Notes: a model not told the origin generated them from the sequence alone. A stretch of 59,938 nucleotides of DNA from an uncultured bacterium (GCA_964450125.1 CAYVDO010000002.1:1-59938); one strand, 5' to 3'. Counted from the stretch's first letter, positions 9,403-23,264 are shown. A program made the numbers and translations.

Positions 9403-9535
9403 GGTGTCGGCAGCATCGCGCCTCCGCGGCCCCTCGTGAATGCGACACGACGTCGCGGGGATTGGAACGTCTGCGGGATGCGACGTATGCCTTCGGAGGT
9501 CCCCTTGGGAGAGCGGGCGCCCCCCGGCGCCGCGC

Positions 9536-9555
9536 CGCACCGCACCGCACCGCAC
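9536..9555. repeat. Pentanucleotide microsatellite (CGCAC)x4, ending 2 nt before the regB-like ATG
   Basis: cgcac cgcac cgcac cgcac, read directly. Confidence 0.9.
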
Positions 9556-9557
9556 CG

Positions 9558-10838
9558 ATGACATCCACGCACACGATCAACTTTTCGTGGCTGGTCAAGC
9601 TGCGCTGGGGGTCGATCGCCGGCCAGCTCGCACTCGTCGCGCTGGTGCGGGGTGTGCTGGGGATCGCCGGCCCCATCGGCTGGCTGCTCGCCGTGATCGC
9701 CGGTGAGGTGGCGTTCAACTTGGGCTGCACACGCTGGAGCGCGGTACACGGCGCGCAGATCGACGAGCGACACCTCGCGGCCGCGATGATGGTCGACGTG
9801 CTCACCCTCACGCTGCTGCTCGCGCTTTCCGGTGGCTCGTTCAACCCATTCAGCGCGCTCTACCTCGTGCACGTGGCGCTGGCGGCCGTGATCCTCACTC
9901 CCGGATGGACTTGGGCACTGGTGGCGCTGGGCATGACGGCGTTCGGATCGCTGTTCCTCGTCGGCGGCGGCGCGGCCGCGGCACACCACGGCGCGCATGC
10001 GAGCGGCACTCCGGTCGACTTGCACCTCTACGGCATGTGGCTCGCGTTCGGGCTGGCGGCGACGTTCATCGTCTACTTCATCCAGCGCGTTCGCAGGGCG
10101 CTCGCGACGCGCGACCGGGACCTCGCCGAGGCGCGCGAGGCGGCTGAGCGGGGCGAGCGCCTCGCTTCGCTCGCCACGTTGGCGGCGGGTGCAGCGCACG
10201 AGCTCGCGAGCCCACTCTCGACCATCGCCGTCGCGGCGAAGGAGCTCGAGCGGACGCTCACCCGCACCGCCGCCGCGCACGAAGTCACCAGCGACGCGAG
10301 GCTCATCCGCGAGCAAGTGGAGCGCTGCCGCGACATCCTCGCCCAGCTCTCCGCCGACGCGGGGCAGACGCTGGGCGAATCGAACGAGGTGATCGTCCTC
10401 GATGGGCTACTCGCGGAGGTCGTTGGACACGCGCCGCGCGAGGCCGTCGTGGAGACGGAGATCGCGCCAGGTGTGGCCACGCGCCGCTACTTCGGCCCCC
10501 GGCGCACGCTGCTCCAGGCGCTGGGCGGGTTGGTGAAAAACGCCGCGCAGGCCTCGCCGCCGAGCGCTCCGGTCCAGTTGCGCGCCGCCATCCGCGGTGA
10601 CGAAATCGAGGTCCTCATCGAAGACCACGGGACCGGCATGGCGCGCGAGGTGCTGGCGCGAGCCGGCGAGCCGTTCTTCACCACCAAGCCGCCGAGCGGC
10701 GCCGGGCGTGGCATGGGATTGGGCATCTTCCTCGCGCGTACCGTGGCCGAGCGTCTGAGCGGCGGGCTCGATTTCGAGTCCCACCCCGGACGTGGCACGA
10801 TCGCACGCTTTCGCGTCCGCCTTCCGGAGGCTCCGTGA
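9558..10838 (+). CDS. regB: RegB/PrrB/ActS-type redox-sensing histidine kinase
   Basis: In-frame start MTSTHTINFSWLVKLRWGSIAGQ. Multi-TM N-terminus, H-box AAGAAHELASPLSTI, and HATPase (GRGMGLGIFLA). Its stop overlaps the start of the RegA-like gene (GTGA). Confidence 0.8.
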   Translation: MTSTHTINFSWLVKLRWGSIAGQLALVALVRGVLGIAGPIGWLLAVIAGEVAFNLGCTRWSAVHGAQIDERHLAAAMMVDVLTLTLLLALSGGSFNPFSALYLVHVALAAVILTPGWTWALVALGMTAFGSLFLVGGGAAAAHHGAHASGTPVDLHLYGMWLAFGLAATFIVYFIQRVRRALATRDRDLAEAREAAERGERLASLATLAAGAAHELASPLSTIAVAAKELERTLTRTAAAHEVTSDARLIREQVERCRDILAQLSADAGQTLGESNEVIVLDGLLAEVVGHAPREAVVETEIAPGVATRRYFGPRRTLLQALGGLVKNAAQASPPSAPVQLRAAIRGDEIEVLIEDHGTGMAREVLARAGEPFFTTKPPSGAGRGMGLGIFLARTVAERLSGGLDFESHPGRGTIARFRVRLPEAP

Positions 10839-11386
10839 GCGATGCCGCGACTCCGCACACGATCCTGGTCGTCGACGACGACGAGCCGCTGCGCACTCGG
10901 CTGGCGCGGGCGTTTCGCGATCGCGGGATGGTCAGCCTCGAGGCGGGTGACGCCGAGAGCGCGCTGGCCGTCGCTGGCGAGCACGCTCCCGACCTCGCCG
11001 TCGTGGACCTGCGTCTGCCCGATCGCAGCGGGCTCGAGCTGGTGCGCGACCTTCGCCAGCACGTGCCTCACACTCGAATCGTGGTGCTCACGGGCTACGG
11101 CAGCATCGCCACCGCGCTCGAAGCGGTGCGGCTCGGCGCGGTCCACTACCTGCCCAAGCCCGCCGACGCCGACGACGTGCTCGCAGCGTTCAGCCGTGGA
11201 GCCGGCGAATCCGCCGTCGCCGTGCCTGCGCTCGACACGGCGCCGTCGCTGGCGCGCACCGAATGGGAGCACATCCAGCGCGTGCTCGCCGATTGCGAGG
11301 GCAACATCTCCGAGGCGGCACGGCGCCTCGGACTGCACCGCCGCTCGCTTCAGCGCAAGCTGCAAAAGAGGCCACCGACGTCGTGA
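10835..11386 (+). CDS. regA: RegA/PrrA/ActR-type response regulator with Fis-type HTH
   Basis: ILVVDDDEPLR...VVDLRLPDRSGLELV...LTGYGSIATALEAVRLGAVHYLPKPADADDV...WEHIQRVLADCEGNISEAARRLGLHRRSLQRKL. Confidence 0.85.
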   Translation: MSDAATPHTILVVDDDEPLRTRLARAFRDRGMVSLEAGDAESALAVAGEHAPDLAVVDLRLPDRSGLELVRDLRQHVPHTRIVVLTGYGSIATALEAVRLGAVHYLPKPADADDVLAAFSRGAGESAVAVPALDTAPSLARTEWEHIQRVLADCEGNISEAARRLGLHRRSLQRKLQKRPPTS

Positions 11387-11414
11387 GCTCGACGGGTGGA
11401 CAGGTGCTCGGCTC

Positions 11415-12437
11415 TCACAGTCGCCAAGTGAGGCCGCCGCGCAGACGGAAATCCGGCACCAATTGGACGCTGGAATTCTGCTGCGTCACCGGCAGGTCCA
11501 ACCCGAACGTGGCGCCGAGCACGTTGCGCCACGTGAACGCCAGCGCGGGCCCCATGTAGAACGCGGTGATCGCCGTGTCGTCGGTCTTCTCGCCGTCGAC
11601 GGTGTCGTCTTCCTTCCACTCGCCGCTCAGCTCGAGCTCGACGGCGAAGGTGTAGTCGTGCTCGAGGATCGCGAAGATCCCGGGTCCGCCGTTCCACGTG
11701 AGCTCGTCGGCGTGGCGATACTCGTAGTCGCCCGTGCCGCGGATCGCGTACTGGGCGCCGGCGCTGGCGAAGAACTTCGACCAGCTCGCGAACACCTGCC
11801 CGCCGACGATGCCGTCGATCGAACCAGAGCCGAGCGCGAGATCGTGTCCGTGCACACCGCTCGGCGGGAATCCCTCGTGGGGTTCGTCGTCGTGGCGGGA
11901 TCGACCTTCGACGACGCGCTCCGCGTGCGAGTCGTCGTGCGCCAGCTCCTCGGCGATCCGGTCCGTGCTGCCGGTGGGCAACTCGATGCCGCCCAACAAC
12001 GACACCCGGAACATGGTGTCGCCTCCCATGTGCGAGATCGGCCTGTAGGTCGCGAGCAACGACACGTCCCCGAGCCCATTCTCGTGGCCGACCTGCCAAG
12101 CGCCCTCCACCGGCCGGCGAAAGTCGCGCACGATGAGCGGCACGGTGACTTGCACGCCCAGCTCGGACGAGAAGTCGTACCCGACCGAGAGCTGGGTGAT
12201 GGAGCTCGTGAGCTGCTGACCGCCGCCGGGGATCTCCTGGCCGCCCCGTTGCAGCGTCTGGAATCGGCTGAGCTGCTCCGCAGCGCTGAGCCAAAGGCCG
12301 GGCTGGCTGTCGCGAAGCTCGGTGGCGACGTAGATCGCGCACACGTCGCACGCGCGCGCCGCCCGCGGCGCCAGCGGCGTGATCGAAGCGACCGCCACGA
12401 TACCGACCACGCCCCACCGTCCACTCGTCCGCGCCAT
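11415..12437 (-). CDS. Outer-membrane beta-barrel (MetA/phenol-degradation-like transporter family) with an N-terminal CxxC and a His/Asp-rich loop
   Basis: Start MARTSGRWGVVGIVAVA (ATG at 12437). ACDVCAIY motif. Loop HDDSHAERVVEGRSRHDDEPHEGFPPSGVHGHD. Alternating beta-strand pattern. Confidence 0.65.
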   Translation of the reverse strand: MARTSGRWGVVGIVAVASITPLAPRAARACDVCAIYVATELRDSQPGLWLSAAEQLSRFQTLQRGGQEIPGGGQQLTSSITQLSVGYDFSSELGVQVTVPLIVRDFRRPVEGAWQVGHENGLGDVSLLATYRPISHMGGDTMFRVSLLGGIELPTGSTDRIAEELAHDDSHAERVVEGRSRHDDEPHEGFPPSGVHGHDLALGSGSIDGIVGGQVFASWSKFFASAGAQYAIRGTGDYEYRHADELTWNGGPGIFAILEHDYTFAVELELSGEWKEDDTVDGEKTDDTAITAFYMGPALAFTWRNVLGATFGLDLPVTQQNSSVQLVPDFRLRGGLTWRL

Positions 12438-12556
12438 GCGGCCCTCCCCTCGGAGCGGCGGAATAGCGGCGCGCGCACGCACCGGAAATGCGACAAAGCG
12501 TCGCACCCTGCTTGTGTGGCAAGATCGGTGGTCCACTCGAGCTCGAAGGAGCGTGC

Positions 12557-13657
12557 ATGCGATTCGTCGCCGGTCTCGTCCTCGCCAGTGTCGTCGCAGC
12601 GAATCCGTGCAACCCGCCCCCGCCGCCGCCACCGGACGTGGCCGAGAGCTTCTATCTCGCTCCAACAGGATCCGACGCGAACCCCGGCGCCGAGGACCTG
12701 CCGTGGCGGACGCTCGCTCACGCTCTACCTCGCCTCGGACCAGGTGACACCCTCTTTCTGCGCGACGGGATCTATTACGAGCAGGTGCGCGGCGCCTCGA
12801 TCCGCGCCGGCACCGCCACCGAGCGGATCACGGTGCGTGCCTATCCTGGCGAGCGCCCGCTGCTTCGGGGCGTCCTGTGGCTGGGCAGCGCGCACTACTG
12901 GACCCTCGACGGGATCAACGCCCAGTGGGACGAGACCGGGATCTCCGGCCCGCTCTCGGGCGGTGACCCGATCATCGGCATGACGAACGGCACGGGCTGG
13001 GAGATCCTGAACGCGGAGATCTGGGGCGCACGCTCCTACTCCGCGCTTTCCGTCTACGGCACCGGCACCGTCGCCAGCGAGCCTGGGGCGTGGCGGGTGG
13101 CCGGCAACTGCATCCACGACACGCACTCGACACATCCCACCGACGGACCGCAGGACCACAACGTCTACGTCAACACCGGGATCACGGCCGGCAGCGGCGT
13201 GATCGAGAACAACCTCATCTTCAACGCCGAGAATGGATCCAACCTGAAGCTCGGCTGGGTGGATTGGCAGCCGTCGGGGACGGTCAACGTGACGGTCCGC
13301 CACAACACGCTCGCCCACGGCACGGCGAACGCCCTGCTGGTCGGCAACACCACGCCCGGCTTCGGCGCCAAGAACATCGTGCTGGAGCACAACTTGATCG
13401 TCGAAACCACGGCCGCCGGCAATCGGCCGGTTCGCGGCGTCTCACTCAACAACACGACCAACGTGGCGCGGGACAACGCTTGGTTCGACGCCGACGAGGA
13501 CCAGATGATCCTCGACTACCCTCAGCTCTCGCCGTCGCTCGGGGTGGTCGATGGTGGCGGCAACTTCGAGGCCGATCCGATGTTCGACGACACCACGACC
13601 TGCGCCGGCTTCCACGCCGGCAACCCCGCGGTGTCGGGATACGGCCACCCGTTCTGA
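12557..13657 (+). CDS. Secreted right-handed parallel beta-helix (pectate-lyase-fold) protein
   Basis: Start MRFVAGLVLASVV, preceded by aaggag. Pro-rich linker, then repetitive N/G/T-rich beta-helix turns (IENNLIFNAENGSNLKLG, VRHNTLAHGTANALLVGN). Confidence 0.65.
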   Translation: MRFVAGLVLASVVAANPCNPPPPPPPDVAESFYLAPTGSDANPGAEDLPWRTLAHALPRLGPGDTLFLRDGIYYEQVRGASIRAGTATERITVRAYPGERPLLRGVLWLGSAHYWTLDGINAQWDETGISGPLSGGDPIIGMTNGTGWEILNAEIWGARSYSALSVYGTGTVASEPGAWRVAGNCIHDTHSTHPTDGPQDHNVYVNTGITAGSGVIENNLIFNAENGSNLKLGWVDWQPSGTVNVTVRHNTLAHGTANALLVGNTTPGFGAKNIVLEHNLIVETTAAGNRPVRGVSLNNTTNVARDNAWFDADEDQMILDYPQLSPSLGVVDGGGNFEADPMFDDTTTCAGFHAGNPAVSGYGHPF

Positions 13658-13708
13658 CCAGCCGCAGCGCCAGCAGCGCGCGAGTCGGAGCCTGATACTC
13701 TCCCGCCC

Positions 13709-15073
<1,365 letters not shown>

Positions 15074-15076
15074 GCG

Positions 15077-18000
15077 CTACGCCGCTGCCCACAGCTCCGA
15101 CAGCACCACCGCTTGCTCCAGCACCGTCTGCGTCGCCTTCTCTTGCTTGTCGGGCGGGTAGCCGTGCTTGCGAAGGATGCGCTTCACCAGCACGCGAAAC
15201 TGCGCACGCACGTTCTCACGCACCGTCCAGTCGATCGTGACCTTGGCTCGCACGGTCGTCACCAGCTCACGGGCGATGTCCCGAAGCGTGTCGTCTCCGA
15301 GGACCTCCACGGCGCTGTCGTTGGTCTCGAGCGCGTCGTAGAACGCCAGCTCATCGTCACTGAGCCCGAGCGATTCGCCACGCGCGCTCGCCTCGCGCAG
15401 GTCCTTGGCGAGCCCGATCAACTCCTCGATGACCTGAGCCGCCTCCACCGCGCGGTTCTGGTAACGGCGGATCGCCTGCTCTAGAAGCTCCGCGAACGAA
15501 CGCGCCTGGACGACGTTGTGTCGACTGCGCTTCCTGACCTCGCCAGCGAGGAGCTTGCGCAGCAACTCGACGGCCAGGTTGCGGTGCGGCATGCCACGGA
15601 CTTCGGCCAGGAACTCCTCCGAGAGGATCGAAAGATCCGGCTTCTTGAGCCCCGCCGCCGCGAACAGATCGATCACGCCATCGCTCGCGACTGCTCGCGA
15701 CACGATCTGGCGGACCGCGTGGTTGAGATCCTCTTCCGATCGCTTCTCACCGTCCGCCCGCTTGGCGAGGCTCGAGCGAACCGCCTGGAAGAAGCCCACG
15801 TCATCCCGGATGCGCATCGCCTCGGCGTGCGGCACCGCGAGCGCGAACGCTTGCGACAGCTCCTGCACCACCCGCAGGAACCGCTCCTTGCCGTCTGGCT
15901 GTGCGAGCACGTGCTCCTGCGCCGGCGGCAGCAACGTGAGCCGCTCGCTGGGCGTTCCTGTGTTCCACTTCCGCCAGTCGAAGCGGTGCAGAATCCCGCA
16001 ACACACCTCGTGCTTCTCGAGCATGAACGCGACGGCCTCGTCCTGATCGAGCGCCGTTCGTCCCTGGCCACCGCTCTCGGTGTAGGTCGCAAGCGCGGCC
16101 TTGAGCTCGGGCGCGAGGCCCAAGTAGTCGACGACCAGTCCACCAGGCTTGTCGTGGAACACGCGGTTCACGCGGGCGATCGCCTGCATGAGCCCGTGCC
16201 CACGCATCGGCTTGTCGAGGTACATCGTGTGCAACGCCGGCGCGTCGAAGCCCGTGAGCCACATGTCGCGCACGAGCACCAGCCGCAGCGGATCCTGCGG
16301 ATCGCGAAAACGCTTGGCGAGCACCTCGCGTCGCGGCTTGTTGCGGATGTGCGGCTGCCACTCGAGCGGGTCCGACGCTGAGCCCGTCATGACCACCTTG
16401 ATCGCGCCGCGCTCGTCTTCGGCGTCGAACCACGCTGGCCGTAGCTTCACGATGGCGTCGTGCAGCTCCAGGCAGATCCGCCGGCTCATGCACACCACCA
16501 TGCCCTTGCCATCCATCGCTTCCAGGCGCTTCTCGAAGTGGTCGACGATGTCGCGGGCGACCAGCGCGACCCGCTTTTCGGCACCGACGACTGCCTCGAG
16601 CTGCGCCCACTTGGTCTTGAGCTTCTCCTTGCGGTCGATCTCCTCGCCCTCCGTGGCTTCCTCGAAGTCCGAGTCGATCGTCGGCTTCTCGGCCTCGGCG
16701 AGCTCGAGCTTGGCGAGGCGGCTCTCGTAGTAGATCGGGACGGTGGCCTTGTCCTCGACCGCGCGCTGGATGTCGTAGACGCTGATGTAGTCGCCGAACA
16801 CCGCTTTCGTGTTCTTGTCCGTCAGCTCGACGGGCGTCCCGGTGAAACCAATGAACGCCGCGTGCGGCAGCGCATCGCGCATGTGACGAGCGAAGCCGTC
16901 GATGAAGTCGTACTGGCTGCGGTGTGCTTCGTCGGCGATGACCACGATGTTACGCCGCTCCGAGAGCAGCGGGTGGCGGTCGCCCTTCTCGTCCGGCAGG
17001 AACTTCTGGATCGTGGTGAAGACCACTCCGCCAGCCTCGACGGCCAGCTTCTTGCGCAGGTCGTCGCGACTCTCGGCCTGCTCGGGTGGCTGGCGCAGCA
17101 GCTCTTGACAGCGCGAGAAGGTGCCGAAGAGTTGGTCGTCGAGATCGTTGCGGTCCGTGAGTACCACGATCGTGGGGTTGCCCATGAGCGGCTCGCGGAT
17201 CACTCGCCCCGCGTAGAACGCCATCGTGAGGCTCTTACCCGAGCCTTGCGTGTGCCACACCACGCCGATCCGGCGATCCCCTGGGCTGCCGCCGGCGGCC
17301 CCCGTCTCGTAGCGCCCTTCCCCGACCATCCCCGCCGTGGCGTTCACCTCGACCGCCCGCAGCGTTTCGGCGAGCGCGTGGTTCACCGCGTGGAACTGGT
17401 GATAGCCCGCCATCTTCTTCGCGAGCTTGCCGCTGCCGTCGTCCTCGAAGACCAGGAAGTGGCGCACCAGGTCGAGAAGCCGTCTCTTGTCGAAGAGCCC
17501 GCGCAAGAGCACTTCCAGCTCGGGCATCCTCGCAGGCGCCAGCTCCTCTCCAGCAATCGTCCGCCACGGCTTCCACCACTCGCGTCCGGCCGTGAGCGTG
17601 CCGACCCGCGCCTCCACACCGTCGGAAGCGACCATCACCGCGTTGAACGCGAAATACGACGGCAGCTCGGATTTGTAGGTTTGGAGCTGCTGGAACGCCG
17701 TCCAGATCGTCGCGTTCTCGTCGGCCGCGTTCTTGAGCTCGATCGTGACCAGCGGCAGCCCGTTCACGAACAGCACCACGTCCGGCCGACGGCGGAACTT
17801 CCCCTCGGTCACGGTGAGCTGGTTGACCGCCAGGAAGTCGTTCTCGCTCGTCAGATCGAAGTCGATCAGCCGCGCCTGCGCTCCACCGATCGAGCCGTCC
17901 TTGCGCCGGAACTCGACCGGCACCCCCTCCACGACCAGCTTCTGCACCGCCCGGTTCCGCACCTCGAGCGTCGCCCCCTCCACACGCAGGAGCTTTCGAT

Positions 18001-18211
18001 ACGCCTCCTCGAGCGCTTCCTTCGGCAATGCGGGATTCAGCCGTCGCAGTGCCTGCCGTACCCGCCCTTCCAGCACCACCTGCCCGTACTCGGCCCGCTC
18101 CGCCCGCGCCTCCCCCGGCGCGATCTCCGGCCCATGCGCCACCGCCCACCCGAGCGCCCCCAACCACTCGAGCGCCGCGTCCTCGACGACGGATTCGGAG
18201 AAGCGGGTCAT
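15077..18211 (-). CDS. hsdR: Type I restriction enzyme R subunit
   Basis: Start [17 protein letters not shown]. Nuclease motif [18 protein letters not shown]. Helicase motifs [11 protein letters not shown] and [10 protein letters not shown]. Length about 1044 aa. Confidence 0.95.
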   Translation of the reverse strand: MTRFSESVVEDAALEWLGALGWAVAHGPEIAPGEARAERAEYGQVVLEGRVRQALRRLNPALPKEALEEAYRKLLRVEGATLEVRNRAVQKLVVEGVPVEFRRKDGSIGGAQARLIDFDLTSENDFLAVNQLTVTEGKFRRRPDVVLFVNGLPLVTIELKNAADENATIWTAFQQLQTYKSELPSYFAFNAVMVASDGVEARVGTLTAGREWWKPWRTIAGEELAPARMPELEVLLRGLFDKRRLLDLVRHFLVFEDDGSGKLAKKMAGYHQFHAVNHALAETLRAVEVNATAGMVGEGRYETGAAGGSPGDRRIGVVWHTQGSGKSLTMAFYAGRVIREPLMGNPTIVVLTDRNDLDDQLFGTFSRCQELLRQPPEQAESRDDLRKKLAVEAGGVVFTTIQKFLPDEKGDRHPLLSERRNIVVIADEAHRSQYDFIDGFARHMRDALPHAAFIGFTGTPVELTDKNTKAVFGDYISVYDIQRAVEDKATVPIYYESRLAKLELAEAEKPTIDSDFEEATEGEEIDRKEKLKTKWAQLEAVVGAEKRVALVARDIVDHFEKRLEAMDGKGMVVCMSRRICLELHDAIVKLRPAWFDAEDERGAIKVVMTGSASDPLEWQPHIRNKPRREVLAKRFRDPQDPLRLVLVRDMWLTGFDAPALHTMYLDKPMRGHGLMQAIARVNRVFHDKPGGLVVDYLGLAPELKAALATYTESGGQGRTALDQDEAVAFMLEKHEVCCGILHRFDWRKWNTGTPSERLTLLPPAQEHVLAQPDGKERFLRVVQELSQAFALAVPHAEAMRIRDDVGFFQAVRSSLAKRADGEKRSEEDLNHAVRQIVSRAVASDGVIDLFAAAGLKKPDLSILSEEFLAEVRGMPHRNLAVELLRKLLAGEVRKRSRHNVVQARSFAELLEQAIRRYQNRAVEAAQVIEELIGLAKDLREASARGESLGLSDDELAFYDALETNDSAVEVLGDDTLRDIARELVTTVRAKVTIDWTVRENVRAQFRVLVKRILRKHGYPPDKQEKATQTVLEQAVVLSELWAAA

Positions 18212-18520
18212 GGGCGAGACTGAAACGAGCAACCTATTGAAATCACGCTGCCTTCTCGCCCGGAACGCCGCAACAAACGCGTTGTGACGACGGGAGGACC
18301 GCCCTCACGCGCCGCACCGCGATCGACCCCGATTATTCTGGCTGTCACGATGCCGCTTGCAGGCATGCGCGAGACCTCCCCGGTCGCCTTCGGGGGCCAG
18401 CCCGCAAGGGTGGCTCTCTGGAGCTCGGGGCCTGCATCGCACTCCACGCGCCGGGGTCAGCCGATTCGCGCCGAACACCCTGTGGGGGTGGCCGCTCGTC
18501 ACCCCCCTCGAGCGCCCTCT

Positions 18521-19135
18521 TCATGGCGATTCAGCCATGGAGGTGAGCGCTTCGGTCAGTACCTGGAAGCTCCGCGACCGATTGCGCGCCGGATCCATGT
18601 GCGCCGCGATTGCCCGAGCCGCCTCGATCTTGCGCAATCCACCCGTGAAGTACCCTGCGTCCTGAACAATGCGTTCGAACGCCTCCCACGTGCCGCCGCG
18701 AATTGCGTCGGGTTCACGGAATCGAGCCTTCGTCGGGATGCCTGCGGAGACCCGCGGATAGGCGGCGCGCACCGCATCCCAGTCCCCGAAATACCAGGCC
18801 TCGAGCTCTTCGCACGCAATCCGATTGACAACGGTCCAGTGCGTGCTTCGCCCGCGAGGGCGCAGCCCCGCGTCACGCGCGATCGCGTCGAGGTCTGCCT
18901 TGAGCCTGTGACAGTCGTCGGCATCCCGATCCACGACGACCACGATTCGCCAGCCCGCCGGCAGCCAACCGGCGTAGCCGCGCAGTCGCTCGGGAAGGCA
19001 GCCCACGAGGTCGCTCTTCCCCTGGTGTGTGAGAATCCGGAACGACGTTCCGCCGATCAGCTTCGGTAGCAGCACACGGAGCGCGGCCTCGGCCGACTCC
19101 TCCTCGACGATGACTTCGAGGTGTTCGACGGTCAT
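18521..19135 (-). CDS. DUF4276-like protein with Toprim-like acidic signature (E ... DxD)
   Basis: Start [19 protein letters not shown], whose ATG overlaps the ATPase stop (ATGA at 19132-19135). Also [11 protein letters not shown] and [10 protein letters not shown]. Length 204 aa. Confidence 0.75.
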   Translation of the reverse strand: MTVEHLEVIVEEESAEAALRVLLPKLIGGTSFRILTHQGKSDLVGCLPERLRGYAGWLPAGWRIVVVVDRDADDCHRLKADLDAIARDAGLRPRGRSTHWTVVNRIACEELEAWYFGDWDAVRAAYPRVSAGIPTKARFREPDAIRGGTWEAFERIVQDAGYFTGGLRKIEAARAIAAHMDPARNRSRSFQVLTEALTSMAESP

Positions 19136-20391
19136 CGCGCAACGACCGCCCGCTGCGGGCGGCCGCCATCGATCAGCGGATCGCCCACCCCGAGTCGCCC
19201 TTCCATCCACAAATGGCCCATCTTGGCGCCAGCGGCGACGAACTCCGGTACACCGCGCACATCCGAGGCCCGCATGGCCTGCGTGAAGCCTCGGTCATCT
19301 CGGTACAGCACACGCACTTCCTCGGGACGCACTCCATTCAGGAAGAAGGGTGAATGCGTGGTGACCAACAGCTGTGACCGCTCGGTGGACGCGCGGCACT
19401 CCTCCGCGAGTTCCGGCAGCAAGCGGGGGTGCAGGAAGTTCTCCGGCTCCTCGATTCCAACGAATCGAGGCGGCTCCGGATCGTAGAGCACCGTCAGATA
19501 CGCCAACATCTTGAGCGTACCGTCCGATGCGAATCGAGAAAGCACCGGCCTCTCGAACGGCGCATCCTTGATCTGCAGCAGCAGCCGTCCGTCCTGCATC
19601 GGCTCCGCGACGATCTTCTCGAGCTGGGGAACTCGGCTGCGGAGAACGGTGAAGATCCGATCGAGCCGCGCCGGGTGCTGCTCCTTCAAGAACTGGATGA
19701 CGTTCGCGAGATTGTCCCCTGTCTTGCTCAGACGCTCTTGCGGTCCCGCTTCTGGCTGGCCGCGCGCATCGTCGACCGAGAGGTACGACACATACCAATC
19801 GGTGATGAACTCACGGAGCGCCGCAACGCGCGGGTGATCGGCGAACTGCCCGAGCGTGTTCACCGCGATGAGGTCCGGCGCGCGCAAGGGAATCTCCACC
19901 CGTTTTCCCCGGTCATCCGGCTGCTCGCCCGGAGTCGCGCTGCCCTGCCCGCGCCGGTAATCCAAGAACTTGAAGGGGCGCCCGGAACCGGGGGCGCGGG
20001 TCCAGCGGAGCCACTCCTCCGCGACGAACACCTTCCCCCGCTCTTCGTCCACGGACAGGTGATACGTCATCACCGGCGCCTTCGGACTCTCTCGGTACTT
20101 GATCTCGATCGTCACCGGCTTCGTTTGGCCGCGGGTCTTGAGCTCCTTCGCTCGCCCCCGTCGATCCCAGGCGTAGCGCAGACCGTTCTGGAAACACTCC
20201 GAAAGAAACGTGAATACGTCGAACACCGTCGACTTGCCGCTTCCGTTCGGTCCGAGAAGCACCGTGAGCGGCGTGATCCCCTTCAGCTCGACATCCCGCA
20301 GTGCACGGTAGTTCTCGACGCGAAGCTGCTCGATGCGCGGCGTCGCGATCGGCGGGAGTATCGGCTCGGCCATCCGGCGCAGCTTGGTCAT
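19132..20391 (-). CDS. ABC/SMC-like AAA ATPase (AAA_15/21-type)
   Basis: Walker [10 protein letters not shown], signature-like SDGTLKML, Walker [15 protein letters not shown]-loop TTHSP. Its ATG overlaps the hsdS stop (ATGA at 20388-20391). Confidence 0.85.
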   Translation of the reverse strand: MTKLRRMAEPILPPIATPRIEQLRVENYRALRDVELKGITPLTVLLGPNGSGKSTVFDVFTFLSECFQNGLRYAWDRRGRAKELKTRGQTKPVTIEIKYRESPKAPVMTYHLSVDEERGKVFVAEEWLRWTRAPGSGRPFKFLDYRRGQGSATPGEQPDDRGKRVEIPLRAPDLIAVNTLGQFADHPRVAALREFITDWYVSYLSVDDARGQPEAGPQERLSKTGDNLANVIQFLKEQHPARLDRIFTVLRSRVPQLEKIVAEPMQDGRLLLQIKDAPFERPVLSRFASDGTLKMLAYLTVLYDPEPPRFVGIEEPENFLHPRLLPELAEECRASTERSQLLVTTHSPFFLNGVRPEEVRVLYRDDRGFTQAMRASDVRGVPEFVAAGAKMGHLWMEGRLGVGDPLIDGGRPQRAVVAR

Positions 20392-21612
20392 CGCGTCACC
20401 TCGTACCCGATGTTCGCCGCCGAGTCTACGCGAAGCTCGCCGGAGATGAGCTTGGGGAGGAGGGTGGCGCGAGTCATCGCGAGCGACCGCGACTCGCGCC
20501 TGGTTTCCAGAGCCCGCGAAAGCACGGCAGCGAGCCCACTGTCCAGCGCGCGCACGAGATCCGCGGGTGGAATGACGAGCTGAAGGCCGAGGATTGAAGA
20601 CGCCTGAGCCCGTTGGTGGCTATTCGATGTCCCTGTAACCAGTTCCGCCACCTGCTGACGAAACAGACGAGATCGCGAGAGGCTATACACGTAGGCTGCC
20701 GTGAACGGCGGCCGAGCCATCAGGACCAAGAACTCGGTCGAACACACCGATCGCGCATCCACCTCCGCGCCAACCAGCCAGACCCGCTCGATGGTGGGAT
20801 TCAGCTTCGATACCAACACGCTGTGCGGTGGTACCCGAAACTTCAGGCTCTTGATCTCGGCCCCGCGCTCCGATTTCGGCGACTGCCCCTCATCAAACGC
20901 CGGAATGCTGAAGTGCGCGAACTCGGATTCCGGTTCGTCGAACGGATTCACCTGGTCGCGCAAGAGTTCGACCGCGTCGCCCAACGCGCCAACACCCCAC
21001 CCCGCCGGTATCTCGCCCAGCTCGCTGTCTTCGAACGAATCAGGGAAGAGGTCGGCGAGGGGTTTCGGGAGACCGGAGTCGCGGCCCTCGGCTTTGGCGC
21101 GGACGGGGTCGAAGTCGACGAACCAGGACTTGAAGAGCGCCTGCGCCATCGCTTCGAGCGTCTCGTTCATCCGGCGGTTCAACTCGATCTTGTCGTCGAG
21201 GGTGCCGAGGATGCGGGCGATGGCGCGTTGCTGGTCGCCTGGTGGAACTTCAACGACAACCGGATGGAGGAAATTGCGATTCAGCGATGGTTGGGCGCTG
21301 CCTGAGTTGAAACTCTTGAAGTCGAAATGGCTTAGGAAGTAGTACGCGAAGCGCGCATCGTTCTCGTGAAAATCGGTGACGTAGAGAGCCGTGTTCAATG
21401 GCCAGAAATCGACGTCCGAGTAGCTCACGACTCCGTATGAAGCACCACTGCGGCCCACTGTTACGCCTGGTCCCGGCACCTTCGCGGTGTCGTGCCAGCC
21501 CGTGACGCCGAAGGATCCGAGAATCGGAACCGAGCCCGGACGCCGCCGCTCCTCAGGAAGATCGTGACCCCGCTGAAGTGTCACAAACTCACCGAGTGGT
21601 ATTCGAACCCAC

Positions 21613-21629
<17 letters not shown>
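20388..21629 (-). CDS. hsdS: Type I R-M specificity subunit (two target-recognition domains)
   Basis: Conserved central and C-terminal helices: [35 protein letters not shown] and [24 protein letters not shown]. Confidence 0.9.
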
Positions 21630-23199
<1,570 letters not shown>

Positions 23200-23235
23200 C
23201 TGGATGCGCTCTCTTCGGGTGAACACGGAGACGTG

Positions 23236-23264
23236 ATTATCCCCCGAGCGGGCAAAGCGGCAAA
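23236..23264 (-). promoter_or_regulatory. Candidate sigma-70-like promoter for the hsdM operon (TTTGCC-17 nt-GATAAT)
   Basis: Read on the minus strand, about 35 nt upstream of the hsdM ATG. Hexamer match only. Confidence 0.3.

Noticed and set aside
10842-12983. 713-aa ORF spanning regA, the OMP and the beta-helix gene
   Set aside because: It is out of frame or antisense relative to three genes with clear family signatures, and it has an Arg/Pro/Ser-rich composition.
16460-18223. 587-aa ORF on the + strand
   Set aside because: It is antisense to the well-supported hsdR gene. The translation is Arg/Leu/His-rich low-complexity sequence, typical of off-frame reading in GC-rich DNA.
18212-18520. 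79-aa ORF (18208..18447, minus strand) in the gap between the DUF4276 gene and hsdR
   Set aside because: It has no motifs, no convincing start context and an atypical composition. The gap more likely holds an internal hsdR promoter.
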